A stretch of 63,601 nt of DNA, counting the filler, from Octopus bimaculoides (lineage: Eukaryota), in assembly GCF_001194135.2 (NCBI RefSeq). It is 4 parts of 4 records of this genome, joined end to end, with 100 filler letters (N's around TTAATTAATTAA, not from the genome) between each part and the next. Parts side by side here need not be neighbours in the genome. Positions count along the whole stretch, not along the records: positions 1 to 26,988 come from NC_068981.1; 3 more parts are not named here. One strand, given 5' to 3'. Each line of letters opens with the position of its first letter. Position 1 is the first letter of the stretch. Position numbers and translations under genes: made by a program. Below, piece by piece: positions 1 through 12,831 of the stretch. The notes beneath the pieces are model-generated. The model had not been told where the DNA came from. It searched no databases and saw nothing but the letters and a program-made list of their open reading frames with translations.

Positions 1-134
1 CATATATCGCATATATATATATACACACACCACCTGTCTTCGTTTTTTGTTTTTTTTCTGAATTCTCCCCCTATATATGTATTTATATATGTATGTACCA
101 ACATACATAATACATACATACATTCATACATATA

Positions 135-1001
135 CAGAGTGTTCCGACTAAATTTAGTTATATTTGTCTTTTGTTTCAGGAAAAGCTTGATGTACTAGTG
201 AACAGTCAACGGAATTCAAGAGCAAAAAATTAAAGTTATAGTTAAGATGTTAGCTGGCATGTAGAACTGGAGTCCCTCTGAATATTGGAAAAGAGGTAAC
301 TATATCATGATTATTCGCACCAAGTAGGAAATGCTGACATTATGAATGCTGCCCAGTGCTTTGTGGACACTGAAAAGGCTGTAAACTTAACATGAACAAC
401 TACAACAGAGACAGAGACTACGAAGTCGTGAAAAGCAGGATGGGACACAGCATGCATTCTAATCGCATCCACACACCACCAACTGGTGAACAGGGATTAG
501 GTTCAGTACCGACGGCTTTGTGAAGCTGGTGGAGGCTGTGGCCAAACCCTGACTGGAAAACGTTGCTGCTAAAGGGACATACATGTGGCATGAGTATTCG
601 TCTACTTGCCATACGTACGGAATAAATCAGAAGCGGTTGTCAGCGAATTTCTGCGACTTCATTAGCCTCAATTTCTGGCCTGCTAATTCCCCCAATTGTA
701 ATCCAATAGATTATTATCTGTGGGGCACATTCGAGAAACATCAAGGCCGAGCTGCTGGTCAAAATCAAGGAGTTGTTTGAAGATCTTTTCAAGGACACAG
801 TGAAGCACGCACCTACCAAGTTCTGGAGCCGTTTTAAGGTCGTGGCGGAAGCTCAGCTCGGCTACTTTGAGTAAACTGTGATATCTTAGCCATAACCTAG
901 TTAATACTGTTTGATTTAAAAAAACAAATACTTTTATATTGGGATAGGATGTCTTTTCTTTTCCTTTTATGCAAACTGTCAAATTTAGCTCAAACACTCT
1001 G
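135..1001 (+). mobile_element. Internally deleted IS630/Tc1/mariner element (maT/rosa-like C-terminus)
   Basis: TIRs CAGAGTGTTccgaCTAAATTT (135) and AAATTTAGctcaAACACTCTG (to 1001), TA on both sides; remnant peptide NFWPANSPNCNPIDYYLWG. Confidence 0.8.
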
Positions 1002-1456
1002 TATACATGTGTTTGTATGCATGTATTTTTGTGTGTATGTATGTGTAACAGAATAGTCTTTTATTGTAAAAGTGGGGATATTTTCAATGGCAAGAGTGTA
1101 TGGAGTGATAAGTCAAATGTTGGAAGTAAACACTTTTAATTATCTCATCGACATTGTTTCAAACATTTTAATAAACATCCTTGAAATATATAAGTACTTC
1201 AACATTTTAAGGATTGACTTCTCACTTTTGGTTTTACTTAGCCAGCTCATCTTACATCATACATATACAGGAGTTGATCAGATAGGATGTATAAGTATAC
1301 GCAGTTATATATATATATGTATATGTAAAAACTACATATATATCTAGAAATAACAAGACAAATGAAATACTTCATGTAAAATACAATGGTTTAACGACAC
1401 GGTAACAAAAATACTTATTTACTTTCGGCTTCATATTCAAATACTGAGTAATATTT

Positions 1457-4058
1457 TTGTGTTTTACTATTCTTTTCAGATTTTTATGTCTTCAAATGCG
1501 TTTTGGCACTTTACTGACAAATTCCATTTTACTTCTTTCTTCTTTTGTAAATCGTTTAATGGTGTTCTCAGTTTATGTATATTTGGAATGTACTGTTGAT
1601 AGTAATTTACTAGGCCAAGAAAAGCTTGTAATGTCGGTATATTCGTTGGAGGAAGCATATTCTTGATTGCGTCTTCTCTCGACGTCTTCCATTCTCATCT
1701 ATGATTTGACCCAGGTATTTGATTTTAGGCAAAAAAAAAAAAAAAAAAAAAAATTCACACTTCTCTTCACCGAGTGTGAAACCATAATCCTTAATTTCTT
1801 TAAAGACACACTTCACGTATTCGATATGCTAATTCTGCGACTCGCTTTTGATTAACACTTCATCAAGGTAAGGAATAGCAAATTGATAGTCTGCCAACAT
1901 CGCGTCCATCACCTGTTGAAATATTGCAGGTGCTACCTTCAGTTCAAAAGGTAGTCTATTGAATTTGTATAGATCCCCGTGCGAGTTGACCGTTAACAGC
2001 TTTGAGCATTTTTATCTACTTTGATTTGTAGATACGCGTCAGATAGATCAAGTTTTGAAAATATTTTCCTCTGTTTAGTTTTGTAAAAGTATTTTCTGGG
2101 GTCTGCAGAGGATAATGGTTCATTTTTAAACAGTCATTTAAACCGGTCGAAAAATCGGCTCACAACCTAATTTTGTTTCATTTTTATTTTTTGTGCATAC
2201 AGTCGGAGCTGCCCATTTCGCGTACTCCACTTTTTCAATGATTCCGTTTTTGTCGATCTGTCCAACTCATCATCCACTTGCTTTATTGCCGCAAAGGCAC
2301 TTTCTTATTAGGTTTGAACACAGGTGTAACGTTATCATCTAATTCAAAACACTCTTCAGTCTATGTGCATAGACCTAGTTTGTCCGAAAGTACTTGCGGA
2401 AACATTTAAAAATATTTTCGCTTTAACTTTTCAGACGAATCATTTTTTAGAAGGACGACCATCTACGTATTTACAATAAAGATTTACGGGGAGATCCCAT
2501 AAATCGAATAATTCTAACCAATCGGTACCAAACAGATCGGTTGCATTTTTAACGACGAAGACTTTTTGGTATGCATGTTTTCCCTCGAAATGTGACATTA
2601 GTCCACATTTCGCCTATGAAATGTAATTTGTCGTCCATCACGCTACTAGCAGATCTCGCTGTCTTTCTCAACATAAGTTTCCCTATTTTATTCCATGTGT
2701 CCATATTTACTCTTGAAACATCACATCCAGTATCCAATTAAAGTTTAATATGTATTCCATTTATTTTTGTGTACGAATTTTCTTATTTTGGAGTCGATTT
2801 TTGTTTCTGCTGAGAGCACTCTAGGATTTTTAACGTTTGATCTTCATAATTTTGTTTTGCAGTCTGAACTCTCGTGACCAATTCTTTTGCAACTGTAACA
2901 TTTTTGATTTTTAAACGGACAATCTTTTCTGACATTTATGCCCCTACACCCATAACATGGATTAGGACGTTGCTCTCTTTTCTGGTTGTATTTTTCCGGT
3001 CGGCATATCAGCATTTTCAAGGCATCCTCTTCTTGAACTTCTTCTACTCCGTGTTTCAAGTTTACCATCCTTTGACATTCTTCTGCCATGGACTGTAAGC
3101 TTAGTTCTTGGCTCGCTTGTTTGAATTTAGAAAGAATTCTTGCCTGAATTTCTGTATCTTCGCTTACTGTAAGGTCTTGTATGAAAATAAGACACTTGAA
3201 CATCTCAGGTGTAAGTACTTTGAATTTAAAACTTTCAAACATCCTACTGACCGTTCCTGCGTCTGTGATAAAATCATCATTCTCTTTTATCGTTATATTC
3301 GAACATTGTATTCGAGTGTTCAATAGTAAAGTTTTATCACCGAATATGTTAGGCAGTAATTCTGTTGTTTCTTTAAAACACATTTCATTGTATTTTTGGG
3401 GCAATATGGAATTACGGTAACGTTCATGCTCTAATGGCGCTAATTTTCGCAATAACAATCTCATTTTTTGTTTGCCCGACCATGATTTGCAATGTTGCTT
3501 AAAAATCTCGTACCTCTGTAGTACGATGCACAAGTGAGACCCTCCTCTGGATTCATTATTCGAGTTCGAAACGCTGTCTGTCGAAAATGAACTTAACTAA
3601 TTTTTGAATTTCTTTGAATATAGCTCTAATAATTGTTGTTGTAGTTGTTGCTGTAATAGTTGTTTCTGCAATTCCCGTGACTGCTCTTGTTGCTTTTGCA
3701 ACTGTGCTATGGAAGCTAATAGGCCTTCCAATATTTGACAAGTTCTATCACGAAGAAATTGTTAAATAACCAATGTGAGCTTCGAAACACTCGTCGCCAG
3801 ATGTTGTGACGTAATTTGTTACGCACTATAAATAACCCGACAACAGTAAAAACAATGTAACGAACTAACAAATCTCTTTACGAACCAACAATTAATATTC
3901 CATGTGACTAACCAATCGACACCTTCCGACTTAGCTGCGAATTAACACCAACTTCACTCGACTCTGAACACTTTGAACACACTCGCATCTTTACTATTTA
4001 TACTTTACTCGGACCACTCTGTCTTTTGCAAGGGGGCGTCGTAACTCTCATCACAGCA
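1457..4058 (-). mobile_element. Degenerate Ty3/gypsy (Mag-like) LTR retrotransposon: 5' LTR, PBS, gag, protease, RT; 3'-truncated before RNase H/integrase
   Basis: gag ORF 2844-3533 with two CCHC-type knuckles (CYGC..., CYSCKRIGHESSDC); protease DTG (2549-2737); RT remnants LDLSDAYLQ, PAIFQQVMD, YLDE, IKYLGQII, FLGLVNYY; frameshifts and stops. Confidence 0.9.
3802..4058 (-). repeat. 5' LTR of the gypsy element, with adjacent primer-binding site at 3790-3799
   Basis: Termini TGTTGTGA...TCACAGCA (imperfect inverted). Minus strand reads ...CACAACA-TC-TGGCGACGAG, complementary to the 3' end of tRNA-Ser(GCU). Homologous to the LTR at 48999-49224. Confidence 0.75.
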
Positions 4059-4183
4059 AAAACCAACACCCCTACGTGTGTTTGTGTTTGAGTGTGTGTG
4101 TGTGTGTGTGTGCGTGTGTGTGTCAGTGAGTGTGTGTATGTGTGTATATATGTGTGTGTTCAGGCACAAAAAAATATATATGT

Positions 4184-4221
<38 letters not shown>

Positions 4222-4254
4222 ACACATGTATGTATGTATGTATATATATTCTAT

Positions 4255-4445
4255 ACCTGTTTCAGTCATTTGACTGCGGCCATGCTGGAGAAGCGCCTTT
4301 AATCGAACAAATCAACTACAGGACTTATTCTTTGCAAGCCTAGTATTTATTCTATCGGTCTCTTTTCCCGAGCTGCTAAGTTACAGGGACGTAAACACAC
4401 CAGCATCGGTTGTCAAGCGATGGTGGGGCGACAAATACAGACACG
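4255..4445 (-). mobile_element. SINE family A, 3' part
   Basis: Matches the 3' half of other copies (GTTTCAGTCATTTGACTGCGGCCATGCTGG...CACCAGCATCGGTTGTCAAGCG). Confidence 0.8.
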
Positions 4446-4849
4446 CGAATGGACACACACACACACACATACGCAGACACACACACATTTATATATATGC
4501 GCATGTATATTGTTGTGTCTAGGGAGGGTCATTATGCGTCTATTTGTTTCAACACACGAATTCACATAAAAATCTTGCAAACCAGATACAAACTATATAT
4601 ATATGTATATATANNNNNNNNNNNNNNNNNNNNNNNNNNNNNNNNNNNNNNNNNNNNNNNNNNNNNNNNNNNNNNNNNNNNNNNNNNNNNNNNNNNNNNN
4701 NNNNNNNNNNNNNNNNNNNNNNNNNNNNNNNNNNNNNNNNNNNNNNNNNNNNNNNNNNNNNNNNNNNNNNNNNNNNNNNNNNNNNNNNNNNNNNNNNNNN
4801 NNNNNNNNNNNNNNNNNNNNNNNNNNNNNNNNNNNNNNNNNNNATATAC

Positions 4850-6218
4850 ACACACAAGCACCCAAAACCACGCTAATGGTTTAGGAGTGAAATTTTATGA
4901 TTTCTCGGTTTTCTGTGAATCGATTTTGATAAATTTTTTCCCAGCTGGTTTGCACACTATGGCAACAACATTGTTATGGTTTCATTATTCTGTGTAACGT
5001 CCTCTCATTTTTATTTCAGATTCTTCAGTTTTAGGGTGAACCACGCAAATAGTGTCTCTCCTCTCTAAGAACAATGGGACGTAGAAAAGGCCTTAACGAT
5101 GCAGAGAAGTCTTTCATCATCAAGGTACGTGCTAAACGCACCTGTCTTCATGTCATTGCGGAAAAGTTAGGTCGTCATGTGAACACGAAGAAACGATTCC
5201 TGAAGGACCCTTCGCCAATGAAGCAACGATCCGATTATGGGACCTCCAAGCCTGTGACACCTAGAGATTTAAGGAATATTGGACAGAAGTTACGTGGGAA
5301 ACCTGGACAAAAAAAGCAAAGCTGTTTTCACCGCCTCTGGACTTCCTCATGTACCGAAAACCTCCAGAAATCACATTTTCAGAACTATGGCTTCCATGCG
5401 ATAACCTCCGAAACTGCCTCCTTTAACAGGAGTTTGAAGCTTCAATGGGTACAAAAGTACATGACGTTAGACATGAGTTGTGTTGTGTTCACTGACGAAA
5501 CCAGGGCGACCTTCGACGCACCTGACGGTTGGGAAAATGGTTGGGTCAATTCTGGAATGAGTGTCACCAACGTTTACGACGTCAACAATAAGGTGGAGGA
5601 GTCACGTTGTGGGATGGTATCATTGGGACAGACTTCTTGGTCCAGTGAGGGTGCCTGAAGGGTTAAAGTGACCGCAGCCGCCTACTGCAATCTCCCGAAG
5701 GAGGTCTTGAGTCCCTGGCTAGATGACGTACTGCTGTCACTTCTAAGAAATCTCGTATTCATGAATGCCAACGATCACCCAAACATTACTAGGAGTCTCA
5801 CAGCATACAAGGTGAAAGGTCGATGGTGTGGCCGCCAGCATCACTGGATCTCAACCCTATCGAAAATCTTTGGCCCATCATTAAACAAGATGTTTTTGCC
5901 GATGGATGCCAATTTATGTCGAAAGATGATTTAAGGGCGACCATCAAAGCTGCAGCAGAGGCAGCCCAACCTGCTACTATTAAGAAATTGACAGATTCCA
6001 TGACTAATAGGGGTTTTCAAGTTATCCGTCGAAATGGCGCTCACGTGGCTAAATAATTCATTATGTCAATAAATGTTATAATATTAATATATGATTTTCT
6101 GTTAAATATATACTTAATATATGCTTAATATGTATCCTCACCCTTTATTTTCTGAACAAAAAAAGAAAAAAAATGTCAAGATAGGCTTTTTTTTATTCAA
6201 AAGCTATTAGCGTAGTTC
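4850..6218 (+). mobile_element. Degenerate Tc1-family transposon (DD34E-type transposase pseudogene 5074-6056)
   Basis: HTH-like N-terminus, VFTDET, WPPASLDLNPIENLW, with frameshifts; imperfect TIR-like match AAACCACGCTAATGGTTT (about 4864) vs reverse complement of AAAGCTATTAGCGTAGTTC (to 6218). Both ends are next to gaps. Confidence 0.85.
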
Positions 6219-6619
6219 NNNNNNNNNNNNNNNNNNNNNNNNNNNNNNNNNNNNNNNNNNNNNNNNNNNNNNNNNNNNNNNNNNNNNNNNNNNNNNNNNN
6301 NNNNNNNNNNNNNNNNNNNNNNNNNNNNNNNNNNNNNNNNNNNNNNNNNNNNNNNNNNNNNNNNNNNNNNNNNNNNNNNNNNNNNNNNNNNNNNNNNNNN
6401 NNNNNNNNNNNNNNNNNNNNNNNNNNNNNNNNNNNNNNNNNNNNNNNNNNNNNNNNNNNNNNNNNNNNNNNNNNNNNNNNNNGTGTGTGTGTGTGTGTGT
6501 GTGTGCGTGCGTGTGCATATATGTAGTTTACAGAGTGCATATTCAAGACAATTGAATGAATAAGGATAATACTACATCTACACAATCTTTTATGTTTACA
6601 GTCAATTATACAGTATGTT

Positions 6620-7690
6620 TAACTTAAACGTGTCCCACATACGTTTGTTTCAAACCACAGCAGTGTGCAAAACCTTGAGTAAAACTGCATAGATTATTAA
6701 CCAGTTGAACAAACTGGATGCAATTGAAAACAACATTGCGAGTTCCTACCCGTACAGCGCTTTTTTCAAGCTGGTATTTTCTATAAATCGGGGATTTTAT
6801 GGAGGTTCCTGATCTTTTTACTTCTCCGTAGATTCGTCTCATCCTAGGTATTCCTAAAATGATATGATCGTGTGCCTTCAGGCGGAGCATCAATGAACTT
6901 GACATTGATATTTTACGCTGTCATACTATGAGTTGGCTTTACCTATCTTCCTATTAGTTGTTTTTATGCTATTCCAAGATTTACTCCTGTATAATGGACA
7001 GATCCCATTCGTGTCATTCTCTATGATGGTCTTGTATTTTTTCATGACTCCTTTGTACAACCCGATCCTGTCTCTTTGGCTGTACCATGAGAGCTGCATG
7101 CAATGGATGAAATGTTGTATGCATTTCTAATTCTGTTGCGTCGCACACGTTTCTCATGCTTATCCGCAGTTAGGATATTGAACTCGATATTATCCAAAAT
7201 TGCTGCGTCCCGATAGACCAAGTATTTGGAGGCCATAGGGTTTGGTCTAGTGGGAATGAAAGATCTGGACCTTGTTATTCCTAGTTTCCAGCCAGAGTTC
7301 AGTGTCTAAAATAGGTGGTCTGTTATTAGGGTACTTACTAGGGAGATCTATTCTTACCTTGATACTCTGATGGATGGCGTTAGCTATTTGCTGGATGCTG
7401 TCCATGGTACTAATTTATAGTTCATAGACACTATTTTGTAGGGGTACTTTTGCTACTCTGTTGATATCATCAACATAATGGAAGTAGATAGTTAAGGTTG
7501 TCGAGCTGTGTTCTAAACGTTCTTAGAGTTTCTTCTCCCAACATGAAGAGGTTAGCGACGTCGCCAGCAATACTGACAACAGTAGCTGCACCCTCTTCTT
7601 GGGCGTATATCTTGTCATTAAACTTAAACGTGTGGCCCTTTAGTGTAACTTTGATACTCACGCCTACCGCATGAGTGACCATTTTTATCA
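6620..7690 (-). mobile_element. Penelope-like element remnant (RT plus GIY-YIG endonuclease)
   Basis: HTFKFNDKIYAQEEGAA...AGDVANLFM, then HYVDDI, IANAIHQSIKV..LPSKYPNNRPPILD, KPMASKYLV; downstream RNVVF..C...CG..TYVG GIY-YIG-like motif; disrupted by frameshifts. Confidence 0.85.
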
Positions 7691-7721
7691 CTTGATCGTA
7701 GTTTCACACACACACACACAC

Positions 7722-7757
<36 letters not shown>

Positions 7758-9149
7758 GCACGCACGCACTCGCACGCACGCACACACACACGTATAATGA
7801 TATATGTGTACGTGTATGTGTATGTATATGTATATGTAAATGTACGTATATATGTATGAGTGTGCGAACATATATATGTGTAAATTCGTACGTTTCTACG
7901 TTCTTCATTGTCTTCGTATTTTCACACGTTTGTATATACAGGTGCACATGTACGTATGTCTGAGTGTATACATGTATGTGTGAACGTAGGCATGTCTATA
8001 TATGTGTGTGTACATACACATACACGCACATACACACATATATACGCATGTATGCGTGTGTGTGCTTGTTTGCGCTAGCCTGCACGCGCGCAGCTGGTGG
8101 GTTGCATGAGACTGTGACTGTGCCGTTCGTTCGAGTGGTTTATTGTACTTATATATGTTGCCGACTGCTATCTCTTTCCACTTCTTCCTTCTCCGTTCAC
8201 AAAGGCGGAGTAAGTCCCAAAGCCCTAACAATACAAATACCAGCCCACTCTGCATGCCCGTCTCCATCTGGCATGTTCCTGTGGTTTGTTCGGTTGATGT
8301 TTCTCTCTAGCTTCTATTTCGTTTACGATTGTCTGACGATATGTTTGCTCTACGTTTGCCCTAGAAGCGTCAAGTGTTTGCATTTAGTGTGACGTCAGGT
8401 GTTGCCGAATACTAAAACATATGTAACAAGTGGAAAATGGAATGCTAAGCTGTGTCCATGTTCTTTTCTCTTAATATTGTTACGCTCTTTGCATTACGTC
8501 ATATACCATCCTCGGATGCGAACAACATGCGTGTACAAGCGCTGGAGTTTAATATATTTAACATTAGAGTCGAAACATGTGTGGTTTAATTGTCGGGTGT
8601 TGTGTTCATCCAATTGTGTGTGGTGTGGGGTAGTGTGTGTGTGTGTGTGCGCACAGTTATATGACAATCAGATTCAATTATGGCTTTGATTCGGTCATCA
8701 TCAACTTCAGTAGGTCGACCAGAACGTTGTCATCTTTGAGTGAAAAATCTCCTGAACGGAATTTTTAAAACCATTTCTGACACGTGCGTTCTGTTAAGCA
8801 ATCAACACTATAAACTTCACATATCTCTTTGTGAGCTTTAACAGCTTTCCTGCCTTTACAGAAATAAAAAAGCAAAATATGGCGAAGATGTTGGTTTTTG
8901 AACTCCATGTTAAAATTGACACTGAACTAACAGCTGTAAACAAAATTACGCGCATTTTGCTACTAAAGTAAGTTAAAAGTAACAGCTATCAAATGTCAAA
9001 AGAAAAAAATCATAACATGGACATAAATCATTTAAAAAATCGTAACTCTATCTGTTTGCGAAAAACGAAATTACTTTCTTACCAACTCAGTATATTAAGT
9101 TCATATGTCACCAAAGTGTCAGCTGCCATAGATTTCTATTAAAATTTGC

Positions 9150-9203
9150 TTAACTAAAATTATCTATATTTCTTTTATTTTAGGCATGAAGATTTCTACA
9201 TAA
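9150..9203 (+). promoter_or_regulatory. Putative 3' splice site (TAG 9181-9183) and 5-codon uORF (ATG 9186 to TAA 9203) just upstream of the TLR start
   Basis: TAACTAA branch-like motif, pyrimidine tract TTTCTTTTATTT, TAG; then ATG AAG ATT TCT ACA TAA, ending 2 nt before the TLR ATG at 9206. Confidence 0.45.
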
Positions 9204-9205
9204 AA

Positions 9206-11456
9206 ATGAAGAGGATATTCATTATTGCTTTTGCTTACTTCATGGAAATGTTTATTAAAGTGACTGCAATTTGTCAAACAAACTGCCCTGATGTTTGCAA
9301 CTGTACTGAGATTAAATTCAACCGGTGTACTGTAATCTGTACAGATCAAAATCTAACTCAATTACCCGATTCTTTTCCAAAGAATACTACGTCAATAGAT
9401 TTAAGTCGAAATCGTATTAAAAGTATTTCAAAGAATAGTTTGAGACATTTGAATTTATTAGAGGTGCTAAAACTTGACGATAATCTCCTTGAATATTTAC
9501 AACCGACCACCTTTCAAGGTTTGTGGTCTTTGAGAGAACTCTCGTTAGAGTACAACCGACTAACTATGACTTATATATCCTTTCCTATAAACCTGTTCCA
9601 AAATTTAACAAGAGTGAAAATTCTGAAATTACGAGGTAACTTATTAAACACATCTACGACCTACATCGATAAAACTATTTCTCATTTAACTTCACTGGAA
9701 CAATTATATATGACAGGTACTAAAAATTCTTATTTTGGAGAGGCATATCTAAAACTGTCAAAGTTAAAGTATGTTAGCTTTGCTACAAAACGGAACAGCT
9801 CAGATATATCTTTTCTCACGGACAATGACTTCAGAAATACACGGCATATTGTCTCTTTGAATCTCAGTTATTCTCAAATAACTTCAATGGACGTAGAAAC
9901 TTTTAGGTATTTAAATAATCTGAGAGTTGTAGATATTTCATATAATAATTTTCACGTTAGATTCATGCATTTCTTCAAAAATTTCCTGTCAAGTTATCAT
10001 CTTGAATATCTTGTTCTCAACAATATCAATGTTAGGAATAACCTTGGAATGCCATTATTTGCGGCGGAAGCATCTTATTTAAAACATACATCGCTGAAAA
10101 GATTTGAGTTTAATTATAACAGACTAGAATATATAGAGCCCAATTTTATTTCTTCCTTACCCAAAACATTGGAATACGCATATTTGAAAAATAATATATT
10201 AACATATGGAAAATATTTGTGTGAAATCAAGACTTTATCCAACATTAAATTAATCGACATTAGTACGACATTATCACATAGAAACCTTCCATTATTTCGT
10301 TATAAATTATTCAATAGGGATATTACTTACAGCTTTACAATCTCCAAAACTCTTAAAACACTCTTACTACAAGGTTGCCACTATCAATTTCCGATACCAC
10401 CATTCCATATAAAACATGCAAATGCGATAAGATTAATTAATGCAACGAATAATTTATTTTGTCCATGGAGTGGCCCAGTTCGAGGCTTAGAACAATTACA
10501 GATTCTGGATTTAAGTCACAACCAATGCAATAATATCAGTAACGAATTCTTCNNNNNNNNNNNNNNNNNNNNNNNNNNNNNNNNNNNNNNNNNNNNNNNN
10601 NNNNNNNNNNNNNNNNNNNNNNNNNNNNNNNNNNNNNNNNNNNNNNNNNNNNNNNNNNNNNNNNNNNNNNNNNNNNNNNNNNNNNNNNNNNNNNNNNNNN
10701 NNNNNNNNNNNNNNNNNNNNNNNNNNNNNNNNNNNNNNNNNNNNNNNNNNNNNNNNNNNNNNNNNNNNNNNNNNNNNNNNNNNNNNNNNNNNNNNNNNNN
10801 NNNNNNNNNNNNNNNNNNNNNNNNNNNNNNNNNNNNNNNNNNNNNNNNNNNNNNNNNNNNNNNNNNNNNNNNNNNNNNNNNNNNNNNNNNNNNNNNNNNN
10901 NNNNNNNNNNNNNNNNNNNNNNNNNNNNNNNNNNNNNNNNNNNNNNNNNNNNNNNNNNNNNNNNNNNNNNNNNNNNNNNNNNNNNNNNNNNNNNNNNNNN
11001 NNNNNNNNNNNNNNNNNNNNNNNNNNNNNNNNNNNNNNNNNNNNNNNNNNNNNNNNNNNGCCGGCTTCCTTTGATTATAACCTATCTTAACCACAGTTGT
11101 TCATCATTTATCGGTATAATTATCACTGTAGCATGTCTTATTGTGCTTCTGGGTTGCTTTTCTTTCGGAGCTCTTGTTTACCATTTTAGATGGAAACTAC
11201 GATATTTGTATTACATGATCCGAGAACGATACGCATATCAGAGAATACAAACTGGAGAATATCTTTATGACGCTTTTGTATCTTATGCAGAAGAAGATCG
11301 AGGTTGTGTTTTTGAATATCTAATTCCAGAACTTGAAGAAAAGGATACGTTTAAACTGAATATCCATCATCGAGATTTTCCCGCAGGTAAACAGATTGCT
11401 GAAAATATATTGTCTGCTATCCAATCCAGTCGAACATGTCTTATTTTACTAAGCAG
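9206..11456 (+). CDS. TLR: Toll-like receptor, coding exon 1 (signal peptide, LRRNT, LRRs, N gap 10553-11059, end of LRRCT, TM helix, N-terminal half of TIR)
   Basis: MKRIFIIAFAYF leader; CPDVCNC...C LRRNT; repeated LxxLxLxxN motifs (LEVLKLDDNLL, LRELSLEYNRL, LQILDLSHNQC). After the gap: hydrophobic FIGIIITVACLIVLLGCFSFGALVY, RWKLRYLYY, TIR box1 YDAFVSY and box2 HHRDFPAG. Ends at donor AG|GTAAAT (11456/11457). Family is recognised, orthologue number is not. Confidence 0.95.
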
Positions 11457-11959
11457 GTAAATGTTCACCGTTTATTAGTATTCTATCAAAATGTATTAAT
11501 TTTAGTTCTAATCTTTTCCCTTTATTTTCTCTTGTGAACAAAGCTTCCTTACGTTTTGATAAATTTTAGCCATCTTTTAAAGAAATTTAAAACGTAAATC
11601 TCTACACAGATTACTTGCAGTGTTTGAATAAATTATTTCTTCTCAAACAGAAGATTTTTTGTAAATTGCGTTTTATATTTTTACCCTTTTATTGGTTCTA
11701 ATATTTTGACTGTGTAGAGACACTGTCAGAAAGGACAGAGAGAGAAATGGGAAGGAAAATAAAGAGAGTTTGGTAGTGAAGAAGGTGGTAACTCAGGTTA
11801 ATTTTGATCAAATATTTGCGAATGGAGTTTGGAAGAGAAACTGAGAGCCAGTCACAATACATAAACAGACATAGACTTAAACGCGCGCACGCGCACACAC
11901 ACTTATGCGCTCTTGCGCTTCATATGGAAGATATAAGTTCCACTAGTGAGAGAAATCTG

Positions 11960-12295
11960 TCTACTCACTCCATTGTGGTCTTGTGATGCCGTCCTTGTTA
12001 ATGCGACGCCTTCTTTTGAGGCTGACGCACTTTCAGAAATATTTAAATCACTGCAATGGTGTGAACGACGGCGACGAAAACAAGGGCGAACTGGTGTGGG
12101 CGGCCTTTACGCAACATGTCTTTCCGCAGCCACTCTTATTGACGGAGCTGCAATCATGGGTCAAACGGAGACCAAGATTGGGTTTTTGGTATCTAGAATG
12201 TTGCCAGGTGCTCACTGCATTGTACCAGCTGGAAAAACTGTTAGCAGAAAAACAACCGAAGATTTCTATAGGGGGCTAGTTGAGGTTATCTCTTA
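11960..12295 (+). mobile_element. L1/Tx1-like LINE ORF2 fragment inside the TLR intron
   Basis: AFTQHVFPQ...TELQSW and TTEDFYRGLVEVI align with TVNFYSGLVEFM of the zinc-knuckle-bearing fragment at 23723-24290. Confidence 0.5.
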
Positions 12296-12831
12296 GTTTG
12301 TCTCTTTGGGACAGCAAGGAATATCAGGAGGGTTCTAAGCACTCGAAAGGCTACCGAAAACTGGTGGATATCTAAGGTTACAGGTAGTAATCCACTACCT
12401 ACATAAATCCTATCAGGAATGAGACCGAACCTGAGTCAAATCAAAATGATAATAATAATTGTGATAATGATTTCTTTTATTTGCCACCAGGGCCCTAAAT
12501 GTGGAGGACAGTATCAAAGGACGAGATACAACATACAAAATACAAAACAGGTGGGGTTTATGTCGATCAAGGGAAGGCACTACAACGTTAAAGGATATAA
12601 CAAAACGATATAGACCAGCCCTGGGCTGGTCTATAATTATTTCCTCTGTAGTTTCTTCTTTAGCTGCAGCTTCGTTCTTTTTATCCCTTACTGCTTGTTT
12701 AATTTGGTCAAGTTTGTTACTGTCTATATAAGGCCTTACTTCAAGGTGTTTCTGTCTTCAGTTTAAGTAGGTTTGTACAGTATTAGATTTATTTGTGGGA
12801 AAATATATGGCATGGTAGAAGGCCGTAAGAA

